In this document: positions 1 to 8,900 of the stretch, one piece after another | How the letters are laid out: each line of letters opens with the position of its first letter | Numbering within the stretch: the stretch's first letter is position 1 | Assembly (NCBI GenBank): GCA_040752395.1 | Contig: JBFMHD010000002.1 | Span: 1 to 38,315 of the forward strand | From: Candidatus Hydrogenedentota bacterium | GTDB taxonomy: Bacteria > JBFMHD01 | Direction of reading: 5' to 3' | Length of the DNA: 38,315 bases | Notes under the pieces: model-generated | Database searches by the model: none | The model's input: only the letters and a program-made list of their open reading frames with translations | What the model was told of the DNA's origin: nothing | Position numbers and translations under genes: made by a program

Positions 1-124
1 AATGAAGATGATCCCCGTTATATAACTCTATCCCTTCTGAAATACCCAAAACCGCTTCCTCATATCTCTCCCAATCTGATATCCAGATAGTTTCTTCTTT
101 AACTGTTCGTATTACTCGTTCTGT
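1..124 (-). pseudogene. IS3/IS481-like transposase fragment (C-terminal part of integrase core), 5'-truncated, runs off the window edge
   Basis: Not in the ORF track. Manual minus-strand translation gives TERVIRTVKEETIWISDWERYEEAVLGISEGIELYNGDHLH, matching the ER..RT.KEE...W...YN...H signature of the rve_3 region. No upstream DD part is visible before the repeat at ~148. Confidence 0.7.
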
Positions 125-147
125 ACGGAGCTGATAGAAAAAACTTT

Positions 148-247
148 GTGCCTCTGTGCCTTTGTGCTTCTTTTCCTCCCCTTTAAAGTGTCTCGCGTTT
201 CACGGGAGCAGTATACACGTTTCAGAGGAGCACTATAAAGCAGTATA
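148..247. repeat. Repeat A: copy of the 69-bp-family element plus stacked extra termini
   Basis: 159-215 (cctttgtgcttcttttcctcccctttaaagtgtctcgcgtttcacgggagcagtata) matches 10123-10179 and the reverse complement of 17214-17270. It is followed by cacgtttcagaggagcactata and agcagtata. Confidence 0.9.
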
Positions 248-273
248 ACATATCTTTCTTTTGATATTTAAGT

Positions 274-1029
274 TTATCGGGTAAAACTTCTTCTGTTTTT
301 TCCCCTGGCAAGGTTATACCCACGGGGTGTAATCATAAACTTACCTTTTACATAAGTTTTGGTATTGCCCACAATTATAGTTGTAGACATATCGATTATC
401 TTTGAATTAAGCATATCCTTTAGGTTTGTAATTTCCACCTTTTCATTATCTCTATAGGCGTTTTGCACTATTCCCACAGGAGTATGAGATGATTTATATT
501 TCATCAAAATTTGCCATATTCTCTCGAATAGCAATCTTCGTTTTTTACTTTTTGGGTTATAAAAGACAATAATGAAGTCAGCCTGGCAGCCTAATCTCAC
601 CCTCTTTTCGATCAATTCCTTATCTGTCAAAAGGTCACTTAAAGAAATTACCACAAAATCGTGCATTAATGGTGCACCTAAAAGGCTGGCACAAGCTGAA
701 ACAGCGGGAATCCCCGGAATAAATTCAATTTTGATCCTATCCTTTTCTTCTTTATTTAAAAGTTCTAGAATAAGACCAGCCATGCCGTAGATTCCAGCAT
801 CCCCTCCGGAGATGACACAAACATCCTTACCTTGCGATGCCTTCTTTATAGCCAGTTTAGCCCTTTTTATCTCGTCATGCATATCCAACGAGATTACCTT
901 TTTATCATTTACTAAATTGCCAATGAGTCTGGTATAGGTTTTGTAACCGATAACTACTTCACAGTCACCTAATGCAGCCAGAGCTTGTTGAGTTAGAAGG
1001 GCTATATCTCCTGGACCAATCCCTACCAA
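274..1029 (-). CDS. cbiH: Cobalt-precorrin-3 C17-methyltransferase (CbiH/CobJ)
   Basis: VGIGPG, SGGDAGIYGMAG, LGAPLMHDF..ISLSD and YNPKS motifs, C-terminal MITPRGY. The start is uncertain (see findings). Confidence 0.93.
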   Translation of the reverse strand: MVGIGPGDIALLTQQALAALGDCEVVIGYKTYTRLIGNLVNDKKVISLDMHDEIKRAKLAIKKASQGKDVCVISGGDAGIYGMAGLILELLNKEEKDRIKIEFIPGIPAVSACASLLGAPLMHDFVVISLSDLLTDKELIEKRVRLGCQADFIIVFYNPKSKKRRLLFERIWQILMKYKSSHTPVGIVQNAYRDNEKVEITNLKDMLNSKIIDMSTTIIVGNTKTYVKGKFMITPRGYNLARGKNRRSFTR

Positions 1030-1031
1030 GC

Positions 1032-1781
1032 TTAACTTTCCCTGGCAATTGCCACGGTAACGCCGTTTATGATTTTTTTCTTGAGTATTAATTTTGTCCT
1101 CCTGCCCGCAAGTAAAGCACAGGGTTCACATACACCCTCTAAACCAATGTTACGTTTAACAATCTCAGAAGAAGATACTGGACCCTGAAAATTATCAACA
1201 CTTTCTTTGGGGATAAACACCAATGGTAACCCTAATTCTGATGTAGCTTTTATTAGACCTTCTTCATGTTTCTTTAAATCAATAGTTGCTGCCAGGCGTA
1301 TCTGATCTAATTCAATATTTTTCTCTTTTAAGGCAGTAAGAATGGCTTTTTTAACTTTATTTACACTAACACCTCTTCTACAACCTATTCCTATTATGAT
1401 CTTTTTGCGGGTCTCTTTGCCTGTAGTAATAATAGGTAAGGCATCCAAACAACGGGCTACCAAGTATGAAAGCCAGTTTGCACCTCCTTCGTGACCAGAT
1501 AAAACACTTATAGCGAACCGTCCAGCAGTATCTACACATACAACTGCAGGGTCTTTGAATTTATCTTTAATGAAAGGGCTGATAATACGTACAACAATTC
1601 CTAAAGCGGCAATAAATATCAAACCTTCGTATTCGTTGAAAATCTTCCCAACAATATTGGACAACGTCTCGGTTCCACTTCCTCTTTGTATTTTGAAAAT
1701 ACTCGCATTTTCAAAATCTTTCTTTAATAGCTCTGCTATGCTTTCACCATATCTATTTACAGCTATAATTGCGATCTTCAT
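1032..1781 (-). CDS. cbiG: Cobalt-precorrin-5A hydrolase CbiG (short form)
   Basis: DKFKDPAVVCVD, SVLSGHEGGAN, GIGCRRG, GVCEPCALL and VTVAIA motifs. Confidence 0.92.
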   Translation of the reverse strand: MKIAIIAVNRYGESIAELLKKDFENASIFKIQRGSGTETLSNIVGKIFNEYEGLIFIAALGIVVRIISPFIKDKFKDPAVVCVDTAGRFAISVLSGHEGGANWLSYLVARCLDALPIITTGKETRKKIIIGIGCRRGVSVNKVKKAILTALKEKNIELDQIRLAATIDLKKHEEGLIKATSELGLPLVFIPKESVDNFQGPVSSSEIVKRNIGLEGVCEPCALLAGRRTKLILKKKIINGVTVAIARES

Positions 1782-2533
1782 CTTGCCCTTCTGTAAGAAT
1801 GTGAAAATGTTTTATTATAAAGCTTACTTTTTTTAAACCCTTTTTTCCGCAGTACTTCACCGACAAAAACTATCGCCTGCTTTCTAATTCCCTCTTTCTT
1901 CAACTTATCGGCGATATCTTCCAAAGTTCCTCTGATTATCTTTTCATCCGGCCAGGAAGCTCTGTAGACACAAGCCACAGGTGTAGATTTAGGATATCCA
2001 TAAAGTAGTTTATCAACAACTTCCTTTATCCTGTCCACGCTTAGAAAAATTATAAGTGTAGCTTTTATCTTTGAAAGTCTTTTTAAATCTTCTTTTGGAG
2101 GTACTTTTGTCCTTCCTGAAATTCTCGATATTATAACTGTCTGGCTTATCCCCGGAAGAGTTAGTTCCTGTTTTAATGAGGCGCTAGCGGCACAGAATGA
2201 GCTTACCCCGGGTACAACTTCATAATCGATGTTCTGTTTCTGACACCATTCTATCTGTTCCTGAATAGCGCTATAAATCGACGGATCTCCGCTATGGAGC
2301 CTTGCGATTATCTTATCAGTAGATTTAGCATTTTCTATTACTTTTAAAATCTCTTCGAGTGTCATATTAGAAGAATCATAAGTAATTGCGTGTTTTTTGG
2401 TGAACTTAAGGATATCTTTATTTATTAAAGAGCCTGCATAAATAACAATATCACTTCTACTAATTATCTTTTTTGCTTTTATTGTTAAAAGTTCATAATC
2501 TCCCGGACCAGCGCCTATAAAAAAAACTTTCAT
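1778..2533 (-). CDS. cbiF: Cobalt-precorrin-4 C11-methyltransferase (CbiF/CobM)
   Basis: FIGAGPGD.ELLT, YAGSL, ARLHSGDPSIY, ELTLPGISQT, ASWPDE and SKLY...FSHSYR motifs. Confidence 0.95.
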   Translation of the reverse strand: MKVFFIGAGPGDYELLTIKAKKIISRSDIVIYAGSLINKDILKFTKKHAITYDSSNMTLEEILKVIENAKSTDKIIARLHSGDPSIYSAIQEQIEWCQKQNIDYEVVPGVSSFCAASASLKQELTLPGISQTVIISRISGRTKVPPKEDLKRLSKIKATLIIFLSVDRIKEVVDKLLYGYPKSTPVACVYRASWPDEKIIRGTLEDIADKLKKEGIRKQAIVFVGEVLRKKGFKKSKLYNKTFSHSYRRAR

Positions 2534-2539
2534 TTTTTA

Positions 2540-3283
2540 TTATCCACCCCTTTTCCTTAGCTTTACAATTACAATCGAAAGATAGCCTGACGTCTTTTTA
2601 TTTAGACTAGAAATATCTCCACCAACTAACTGCTTGCTAAGTCCTGCTCGACTAACAAAGAATGCTTGTTTTTCAAGACCTTCTTTTTTAAGAAATTTAA
2701 CCAGTTTACTCAGAGCATTTCCTATTTTTAATAAAACTACTGTATCAAAGAGTGAAAAAATACCTTTTAATTCTTTTAAATTACCCGGCATAGGTATAAC
2801 TGCAAACTTTTCATCTGAACAAGCTAAAGGTATTTCCAACAAAGATGATGCAGCATTAATTGAGCTTATTCCGGGAACAGTTACAATTTTTAAATTTTTA
2901 TTTAATCTTCTAATTTCGCGCGATAGATAGATATAGGTGCTATAGACAAACGGGTCACCCATCGTTATGAAAGCAACGTCTTTACCAAGAGAAATTTCTC
3001 TATAAATTTTTAATGCAGCCTTTTCCCAAAAATTTGCTAATCTTTTTTTATCTCGAGACATAGGAAAAATGACTTCCCTTATAATACTATTTTTCGGGAT
3101 ATAAGGTTTAATTATCTCAGCGGCCAGGGAGTCAGTTTTTATTCGTGACTTAGGAGCAAATATGATATCTACCTTTTTTAAAATCTCTATTGCTTTTAAA
3201 GTTAAAAGCTTTGGATCGCCGGGTCCGATTCCTATCCCAAAAAAGGTTCCTTTTGGTTTTACTTCTTTATGAGCATTACGCAT
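2540..3283 (-). CDS. cbiL: Cobalt-precorrin-2 C20-methyltransferase (CbiL/CobI)
   Basis: GIGIGPGDPKLLTLKA, FPMSRD, FITMGDPFVYSTY and VVLLK motifs; operon context. Confidence 0.92.
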   Translation of the reverse strand: MRNAHKEVKPKGTFFGIGIGPGDPKLLTLKAIEILKKVDIIFAPKSRIKTDSLAAEIIKPYIPKNSIIREVIFPMSRDKKRLANFWEKAALKIYREISLGKDVAFITMGDPFVYSTYIYLSREIRRLNKNLKIVTVPGISSINAASSLLEIPLACSDEKFAVIPMPGNLKELKGIFSLFDTVVLLKIGNALSKLVKFLKKEGLEKQAFFVSRAGLSKQLVGGDISSLNKKTSGYLSIVIVKLRKRGG

Positions 3284-3885
3284 AATTCATTCCAGTTATC
3301 TTTACTGTCTTTGATAGTTTCAACATCCGTTTTGATAATCTCTTCATCGCCAAGTGATAAGTTTTTAAACACGAATACTTTTCTTTTTCGTATCCCTTTT
3401 CTAAACAAGAAAGAGGCAATATCTCGGGGATTATTCTTTTTATCCGTCAAAAGAAATACTTTTTTATGTCCTGAAACTGCGTCTTTTAAGCCTCTTTTTG
3501 TCCGTCCGTGGAGGCTAAATATAATAACATCTTCCCAGGATTCTCCGATACGGGCAAAGGATAGTTGTAGTGAACTAATTCCCGGGACAACTTCGTATTC
3601 ATACGGTTTTAATCTTTTAGTAATTTGAGCAGAGAAACTAAAAATTCCGGGGTCACCTGAAACTAAAACAGCTAAATTCTTTTTGTCCTTATTTTGCAAA
3701 ATAAATTTTAGGACTTTAGAATAATTTTCCTTAAGATAGATAGTCTTTTTTTTAAATTTACTAAACAAGGATAGATGCCTTCTTGCCCCGATTAGGACAT
3801 CGGCTTTTTGAATAACTTTTAAAGCTTTTAACGTCAAATAATCTCTCGAGCCTGGTCCTAGTCCAACGATATGAACTTTTCTCAT
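3259..3885 (-). CDS. cbiE: Cobalt-precorrin-7 C5-methyltransferase CbiE (no fused CbiT)
   Basis: VGLGPG, LVSGDPG, PGISSLQL.FAR, SLHGR, LLTD and NLS..DE motifs; 208 aa. Confidence 0.9.
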   Translation of the reverse strand: MRKVHIVGLGPGSRDYLTLKALKVIQKADVLIGARRHLSLFSKFKKKTIYLKENYSKVLKFILQNKDKKNLAVLVSGDPGIFSFSAQITKRLKPYEYEVVPGISSLQLSFARIGESWEDVIIFSLHGRTKRGLKDAVSGHKKVFLLTDKKNNPRDIASFLFRKGIRKRKVFVFKNLSLGDEEIIKTDVETIKDSKDNWNELCVMLIKK

Positions 3886-4961
3886 TTGTTCTTCTCTAAT
3901 AAGTCTTTTGGTGCTGTACCTAATATTTCACCTTTGAGTGATAAAAGGATACAGGCGATTTTCAATTTACCACCACAGAGCTCTTCCGACCTCTGGACTA
4001 CTCTTTCAGCTATTCTTTCAAATGTAACCTCAAGTTTGTTCTTCTTTAATACCTCTACAGTTTCCTCTGCCAATTTCATATTCAAAATTTTATTTACTAG
4101 TTCCCTTTTTGCTCCGCAGGAAGCTGCAAAAGCTGCGAGCGTCTCAAGTCTTGCATCTCCAAATTTGCTATGAGTATTGAACATCCCAGCTGCTACTTTA
4201 ACCAGCTTTCCAATATGACCTACCAATACTACATTAGAGATATGTTTCCTAACGCACTCTTCCAACATAAATCCAACATGGTCCCCTATCTTAATAATCG
4301 ATTTCTTGCTTACTTTGAATCTTTCACGAAGAACTCTCTCACCAATATAGCCAGAGCAAAGATTTATAACTTTATTGCCATTAGCCTTAGCAATGTTTAA
4401 CTCTAAAGATAGCGAGGCCTTGTATGCATCTATAGAGTTCGGCTCGACAATACCTGTGGTTCCAATAATCGATATGCCACCTTTAATTCCCAATCTGGGA
4501 TTGTAAGTCTTCCTGGCTATCTCTTCTCCCTCTGGCACAGAAATTTCTACAACAAAACCTTGTTTTTTTATAGGTAATATTTCGCTTACATTCCTTAGTA
4601 TCATCTTCCGTGGGACAGGATTAATTGCATACTCACCTGGAGGTACAGCCAAACCATGTTTTGTAACTATACCAACGCCCTTTCCACCTTTAATGCTTAT
4701 GCCTTTAATAGAAGCCTTTCTGATTTCGCAATAAATTTTAATGCCGTCAGTAACATCATCTTCGTCTCCTGCATCTTTTTTAACCCCGCATCTGGCATAA
4801 TCCTTATTGACTTTCTGCTCCAAAAGAGTAAATTCCTTGTTTTCTCCGTTAGGAAGTTGAACCTCAACAGTTTCGATTATCTCTTTTTGAGCTAACATCA
4901 ATGCACAAGCTTTTGCTGCAGCTTGAGCACATGCTCCTGTAGTTACGCCTTTTCTTAACAT
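3882..4961 (-). CDS. cbiD: Cobalt-precorrin-5B C1-methyltransferase CbiD
   Basis: LRKGVTTGACA, KDAGD..DVT, AINPVPR, NPRLGI.GGISIIGTTGIVEP and GH.GKLVK.AAG.F.THS motifs. Confidence 0.96.
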   Translation of the reverse strand: MLRKGVTTGACAQAAAKACALMLAQKEIIETVEVQLPNGENKEFTLLEQKVNKDYARCGVKKDAGDEDDVTDGIKIYCEIRKASIKGISIKGGKGVGIVTKHGLAVPPGEYAINPVPRKMILRNVSEILPIKKQGFVVEISVPEGEEIARKTYNPRLGIKGGISIIGTTGIVEPNSIDAYKASLSLELNIAKANGNKVINLCSGYIGERVLRERFKVSKKSIIKIGDHVGFMLEECVRKHISNVVLVGHIGKLVKVAAGMFNTHSKFGDARLETLAAFAASCGAKRELVNKILNMKLAEETVEVLKKNKLEVTFERIAERVVQRSEELCGGKLKIACILLSLKGEILGTAPKDLLEKNK

Positions 4962-4965
4962 AGTA

Positions 4966-5592
4966 TCACCTGATAGCTAACTTAATAATGGCATTTATAA
5001 TTGCGCAGGCTACTGCACTTCCTCCTTTTCTGCTTTTATTTGTGATATATGGAACCGAAATTTTGCGTAAAGCTTTTTTGGATTCAGCTGCTCCAACAAA
5101 TCCCACAGGGGTACCGATAACTAATGCTGGAGAAACCTTCCCTTCTTTAATCAAGCTAAGCAATTCAAAAAGTGCAGTAGGTGCATTCCCGATAACAACA
5201 ATGTTATCATCAAGATGTGAGGCAGCCCGGCGTATAGCCAAACGAGCCCTGGGTAAATTTTTATCCTTAGCCTCTTTTTCAACTTTTTCATCGTTTAAAA
5301 AACAAAATATTCTATTTCCAAAATTTTTAAGCTCCTTTATTCGAATCCCTGCTTTAACCATCTCCACATCAGTTATAATATCTCTACTTGTTCTAATAGC
5401 CAATATACCCTTTTCTATGGCCTGAGGATGAAAGATGATTCCTTTTGCAATCTCAATATCTGCTGTGGCATGGGCAACACGCATGATAATTTCTTTTTTT
5501 TCTCTGGTTACGCCAAGATTACCCACTTTTGACTCTATAATTTTTAAACTTTTCTTTTCAATCTCCTTGGGGCTTAAGAACTGTTTTAACAT
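4966..5592 (-). CDS. cbiC: Cobalt-precorrin-8 methylmutase (CbiC/CobH)
   Basis: P.EIE..S, R..HATAD, TDVEMV, IGNAPTAL, PVGFVGAAESK and RKGGS motifs. Confidence 0.95.
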   Translation of the reverse strand: MLKQFLSPKEIEKKSLKIIESKVGNLGVTREKKEIIMRVAHATADIEIAKGIIFHPQAIEKGILAIRTSRDIITDVEMVKAGIRIKELKNFGNRIFCFLNDEKVEKEAKDKNLPRARLAIRRAASHLDDNIVVIGNAPTALFELLSLIKEGKVSPALVIGTPVGFVGAAESKKALRKISVPYITNKSRKGGSAVACAIINAIIKLAIR

Positions 5593-5963
5593 CCTGGCTC
5601 CTCTATGATACGCTCGACTATAATCTCTGATATTCTTTCATCCGGCCAAAGCGTAATAGAAAGAGAAATTTCTAAATCTGGTAAATTCTCTTTTATTTTT
5701 GAAATTGCCTCTGGTATATCTTTATTTATATGCATACCTTGAAAAAGAAATGCAGGAATTATTCTTATTTTTTTATAACCTTCCTGAGCAAGCTTACTTA
5801 AAACATTTGGTAAATTATATTTTGAAAACTGGAAAAATGCTGGTTCGATTCTGTAAGACGGCAATTTTTCACTTACAGAATTGACAAGCTTTAAAAATTC
5901 CTCTTTTGCCTGGCTGTTTCTACTGCCATGAGCTAAAATAATAATCGCTTTATTTTCGTTCAT
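5586..5963 (-). CDS. cbiX: Short sirohydrochlorin cobaltochelatase (CbiX/SirB family)
   Basis: ILAHGSR, P.FLF.G.H...DIP motifs. I prefer the ATG at 5963 (MNENK), just after the cobN stop, over the overlapping track start at 6020. Confidence 0.85.
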   Translation of the reverse strand: MNENKAIIILAHGSRNSQAKEEFLKLVNSVSEKLPSYRIEPAFFQFSKYNLPNVLSKLAQEGYKKIRIIPAFLFQGMHINKDIPEAISKIKENLPDLEISLSITLWPDERISEIIVERIIEEPGC

Positions 5964-5967
5964 ATTT

Positions 5968-8900
5968 TTATCGTTTTCGGAGCCATCCTGCAATAAGTAA
6001 ACCCAAAAACCCGAGAACAATAATCGTTACTGTCCAGGCAGCTCCAGAACTAACCAGCTTTGTATCCTCTTTTTTTTCCTCAATCATTTCGTAACCTTCT
6101 ATTTTTTTCTCTTTCTCTTGTTCTTTGCCTTTAACTACTTCCTCTTCCTGCTGAATCTCTTTTTCTTGTTCTTTGCCTTTAATTACTTCCTCTTCCTGCT
6201 GAATCTTTTTGGTAGTCTGGCCAAGCCTCTCCTGTAATGCCTTTCTTTGTTCTACCGCCTTTTCTATATTCATCCCCACTGTTTTAGAGACAACGAGCTT
6301 AAATTGATTAACTAATTCAGGAGAGAGTAAACCCGGGATAGAGATGATATTGACAACCATCTGATTCAGGAGGGGGTTATTACAGGTATGGTGACAACAA
6401 GCAAGACCTTTTTCAATAACGCTAATTGCATATTTTACAGCTAAGTTCTTTTTAATTTTATCCGGGGCGTCCCAGTAATCTTTCCGTATCGCTTCAAGCA
6501 TCCTGGCCTCAATAGACTGCATTGCCCAGGGACTGGCTTTATCGAAAAATTCTTTGATTTTAAGTTTATACTTATCCTTAATGTAAACCTCATAGACCTG
6601 TTCCCACTTTGTTTTATCAACAGCAAACGGCGTGACTACCTGCCAGCCCCACAAATACTCCACGAATTTATCCATCTCTCTTGCTCCAGCATAATCTTCT
6701 TTCGTCATTCCTTCAATCCATTTTGGGTTCAGATAACGAGCACGTAGCTCCTCGCCAATGGTCCTTTCGATATCCTCAATACGGGCTGTATCCGAATCTT
6801 TCTGATCAGAGATAACGACATCCGGATATTTGCCAGTGATACTCTTTACTGCCAGAGAAAGCCCACCTAAATAGGCAAAAACATCATCATTGTCAATTAC
6901 TCCGTAAACATTAGAAGAATTCGTATGCATAGTCATTTTTACATCCTCAAGACTCTTTTTATAAACGTTTTTCAATTGATCTCCCCATAGATTCTTGCCA
7001 TAAGCAAACGAGACATTATGAATAAAAACATCTGCAAGTTCTTCATCACTTTCCCAGATTCCACTATGGGGAACCAGTTCCTGAAGTTTGGTCATATATG
7101 CACCCTGTGCTTCGCTAAAGACACGTGTATAACTTAGTTTTTCTGCCTTATCTTCGTTGTATCCTTTTTCAATAAGATATTCTTTTATCTTTTGACTGTG
7201 TTTTGCAATAAAATTCTCTACATCTTTAATCTGGGCTGACTGACGTACTGCTTCATCTAAAAGAATCATCACATTAGGAAAAGAATCCCGGAAAAGTCCT
7301 GAAGTTTGTAGATGGACATCTATCCTGGGTCTGCCAAGCAGTTCACCCGGAATTGGTTCAACACCACGTACACGATTGTTTTTATCCCAGATAGGTTTCA
7401 TTCCCAAAAGATAAAGTGCAACACCAACCTGGACTCCTTCGTTGCGATGAACTTCAGTTGCCCAGAAAATAAGCCCAATCTTATCCGGATACTTACTGTT
7501 TTCATTTAAGTATTTCTGAATCATCTCCTCGGCCTGCTTTTTGCCCAGAGTGTAAGCGTCCTTTGAAGGAACTTTTGCAGGGTCAAACCCGTAAAAATTT
7601 CTACCTGTTGGGATAGCATCTGGATTTCTTAAAGGATCGTTACCTTCACCTGATACGATGTATTTACCTTCCAGTCCAGCGACAAGCTTATCTAATTCCA
7701 GATGGCAGAGACTTAGTTTTTCTTTAATTTCAGATAAAGGAGTATTTTCGTTTCTATCTTTGATAAGCTGGCTGATCTCTTCTAATGCCTCTCCTTGTGG
7801 TGATACTCCAAAAGTATGCAGACCATAAGGTACATTAACTTCTTGTAGTTCTATTAGGTAATGTTCGATTTTTTCAATAGCATCTTCATCGATTTTTTCT
7901 AAAAGCAGATCTTTATCTAACCCAAGTTTTTTTACCATAATTACTATCCTCTTAAATTTTTCTTCAGCTAGTTTTTCGTCACGAGACAAAGCATCATTGT
8001 ATTCATCTATCAAGACAGCCAGTTCCCGATACTCCTGATAAATTCCAGCCTTTTTTAAAGCTGGAATAAGATGGTCAATAATTACACCTCGTCCACGACG
8101 TTTTGCCTGTATACCCTCCCCGATATTATCTACAATATAAGGATAGAGGTTGGGTAGGTCTTGTATGAGCACCTCTGGAGGACAGGATTGACTTAAACCT
8201 GCCTGTTTTCCCGGAAGCCATTCATGAGTGCCATGCTTGCCCAGTGAGACAATGGCGTCAGCCTTGAATTCATGCTTAAGCCAGAGATAAAAGGCAGTAT
8301 ATTGATGATGTGGGTATATATTGGGGTCATGATAGAGTTTCATTGGGTTATCACCCCAGCCCCTTGCAGGTTGAGGTAGAAGAATAACATTACCAAGAGG
8401 AACGCAGGGGATGATGAAATCATTGTTTTTGACCATAATCTTAGAATCTTCGGGCTTTCCCCATTGTTCCTCTACCTTTTTACGGTAATCTGGATCGAGT
8501 TCGCAATAAAATTTTAAATAATCGGATACCGGCCAATGGATAACCCTTTTACTTTTGAGTAAATCATCGAGTTCACCTGGGGTCCAGGAGCTGATATTGC
8601 GGCCGCTTTTCAATACAAGTTCCTTAATCTCTTCTTCCGAAGGAAGTTCCCCTTCTATAGAATAACCTTCATCTCGCATTCGCTTTAGAATTACTTCCAG
8701 GCTTCTAAAGACATTAAGGTAACTTGCTCCAACATTTTGTTTACCAGGGGTATGATTCCAATAAATAATGGCAATTTTCTTATCTTTGTTTGGTTTTGTC
8801 TGTAAATTTCTCCAGGTTTTTATCCGTTTAATTATAAATTCAATATTTTCCATAATTGGCCTGGGTTCATAAAACTCTTTACCTGTACGCTCATCCTTTA

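Noticed and set aside
1036-1042. G_GGA_AAG as a canonical -1 slippery heptamer
   Set aside because: It is phased to the cbiH frame, not the cbiG frame, so standard tandem slippage is unsupported; the junction itself is kept as a finding
5964-6020. Extended N-terminus of CbiX given in the track
   Set aside because: It overlaps the CobN-like TM tail; homology begins at MNENKAIIILAHGS
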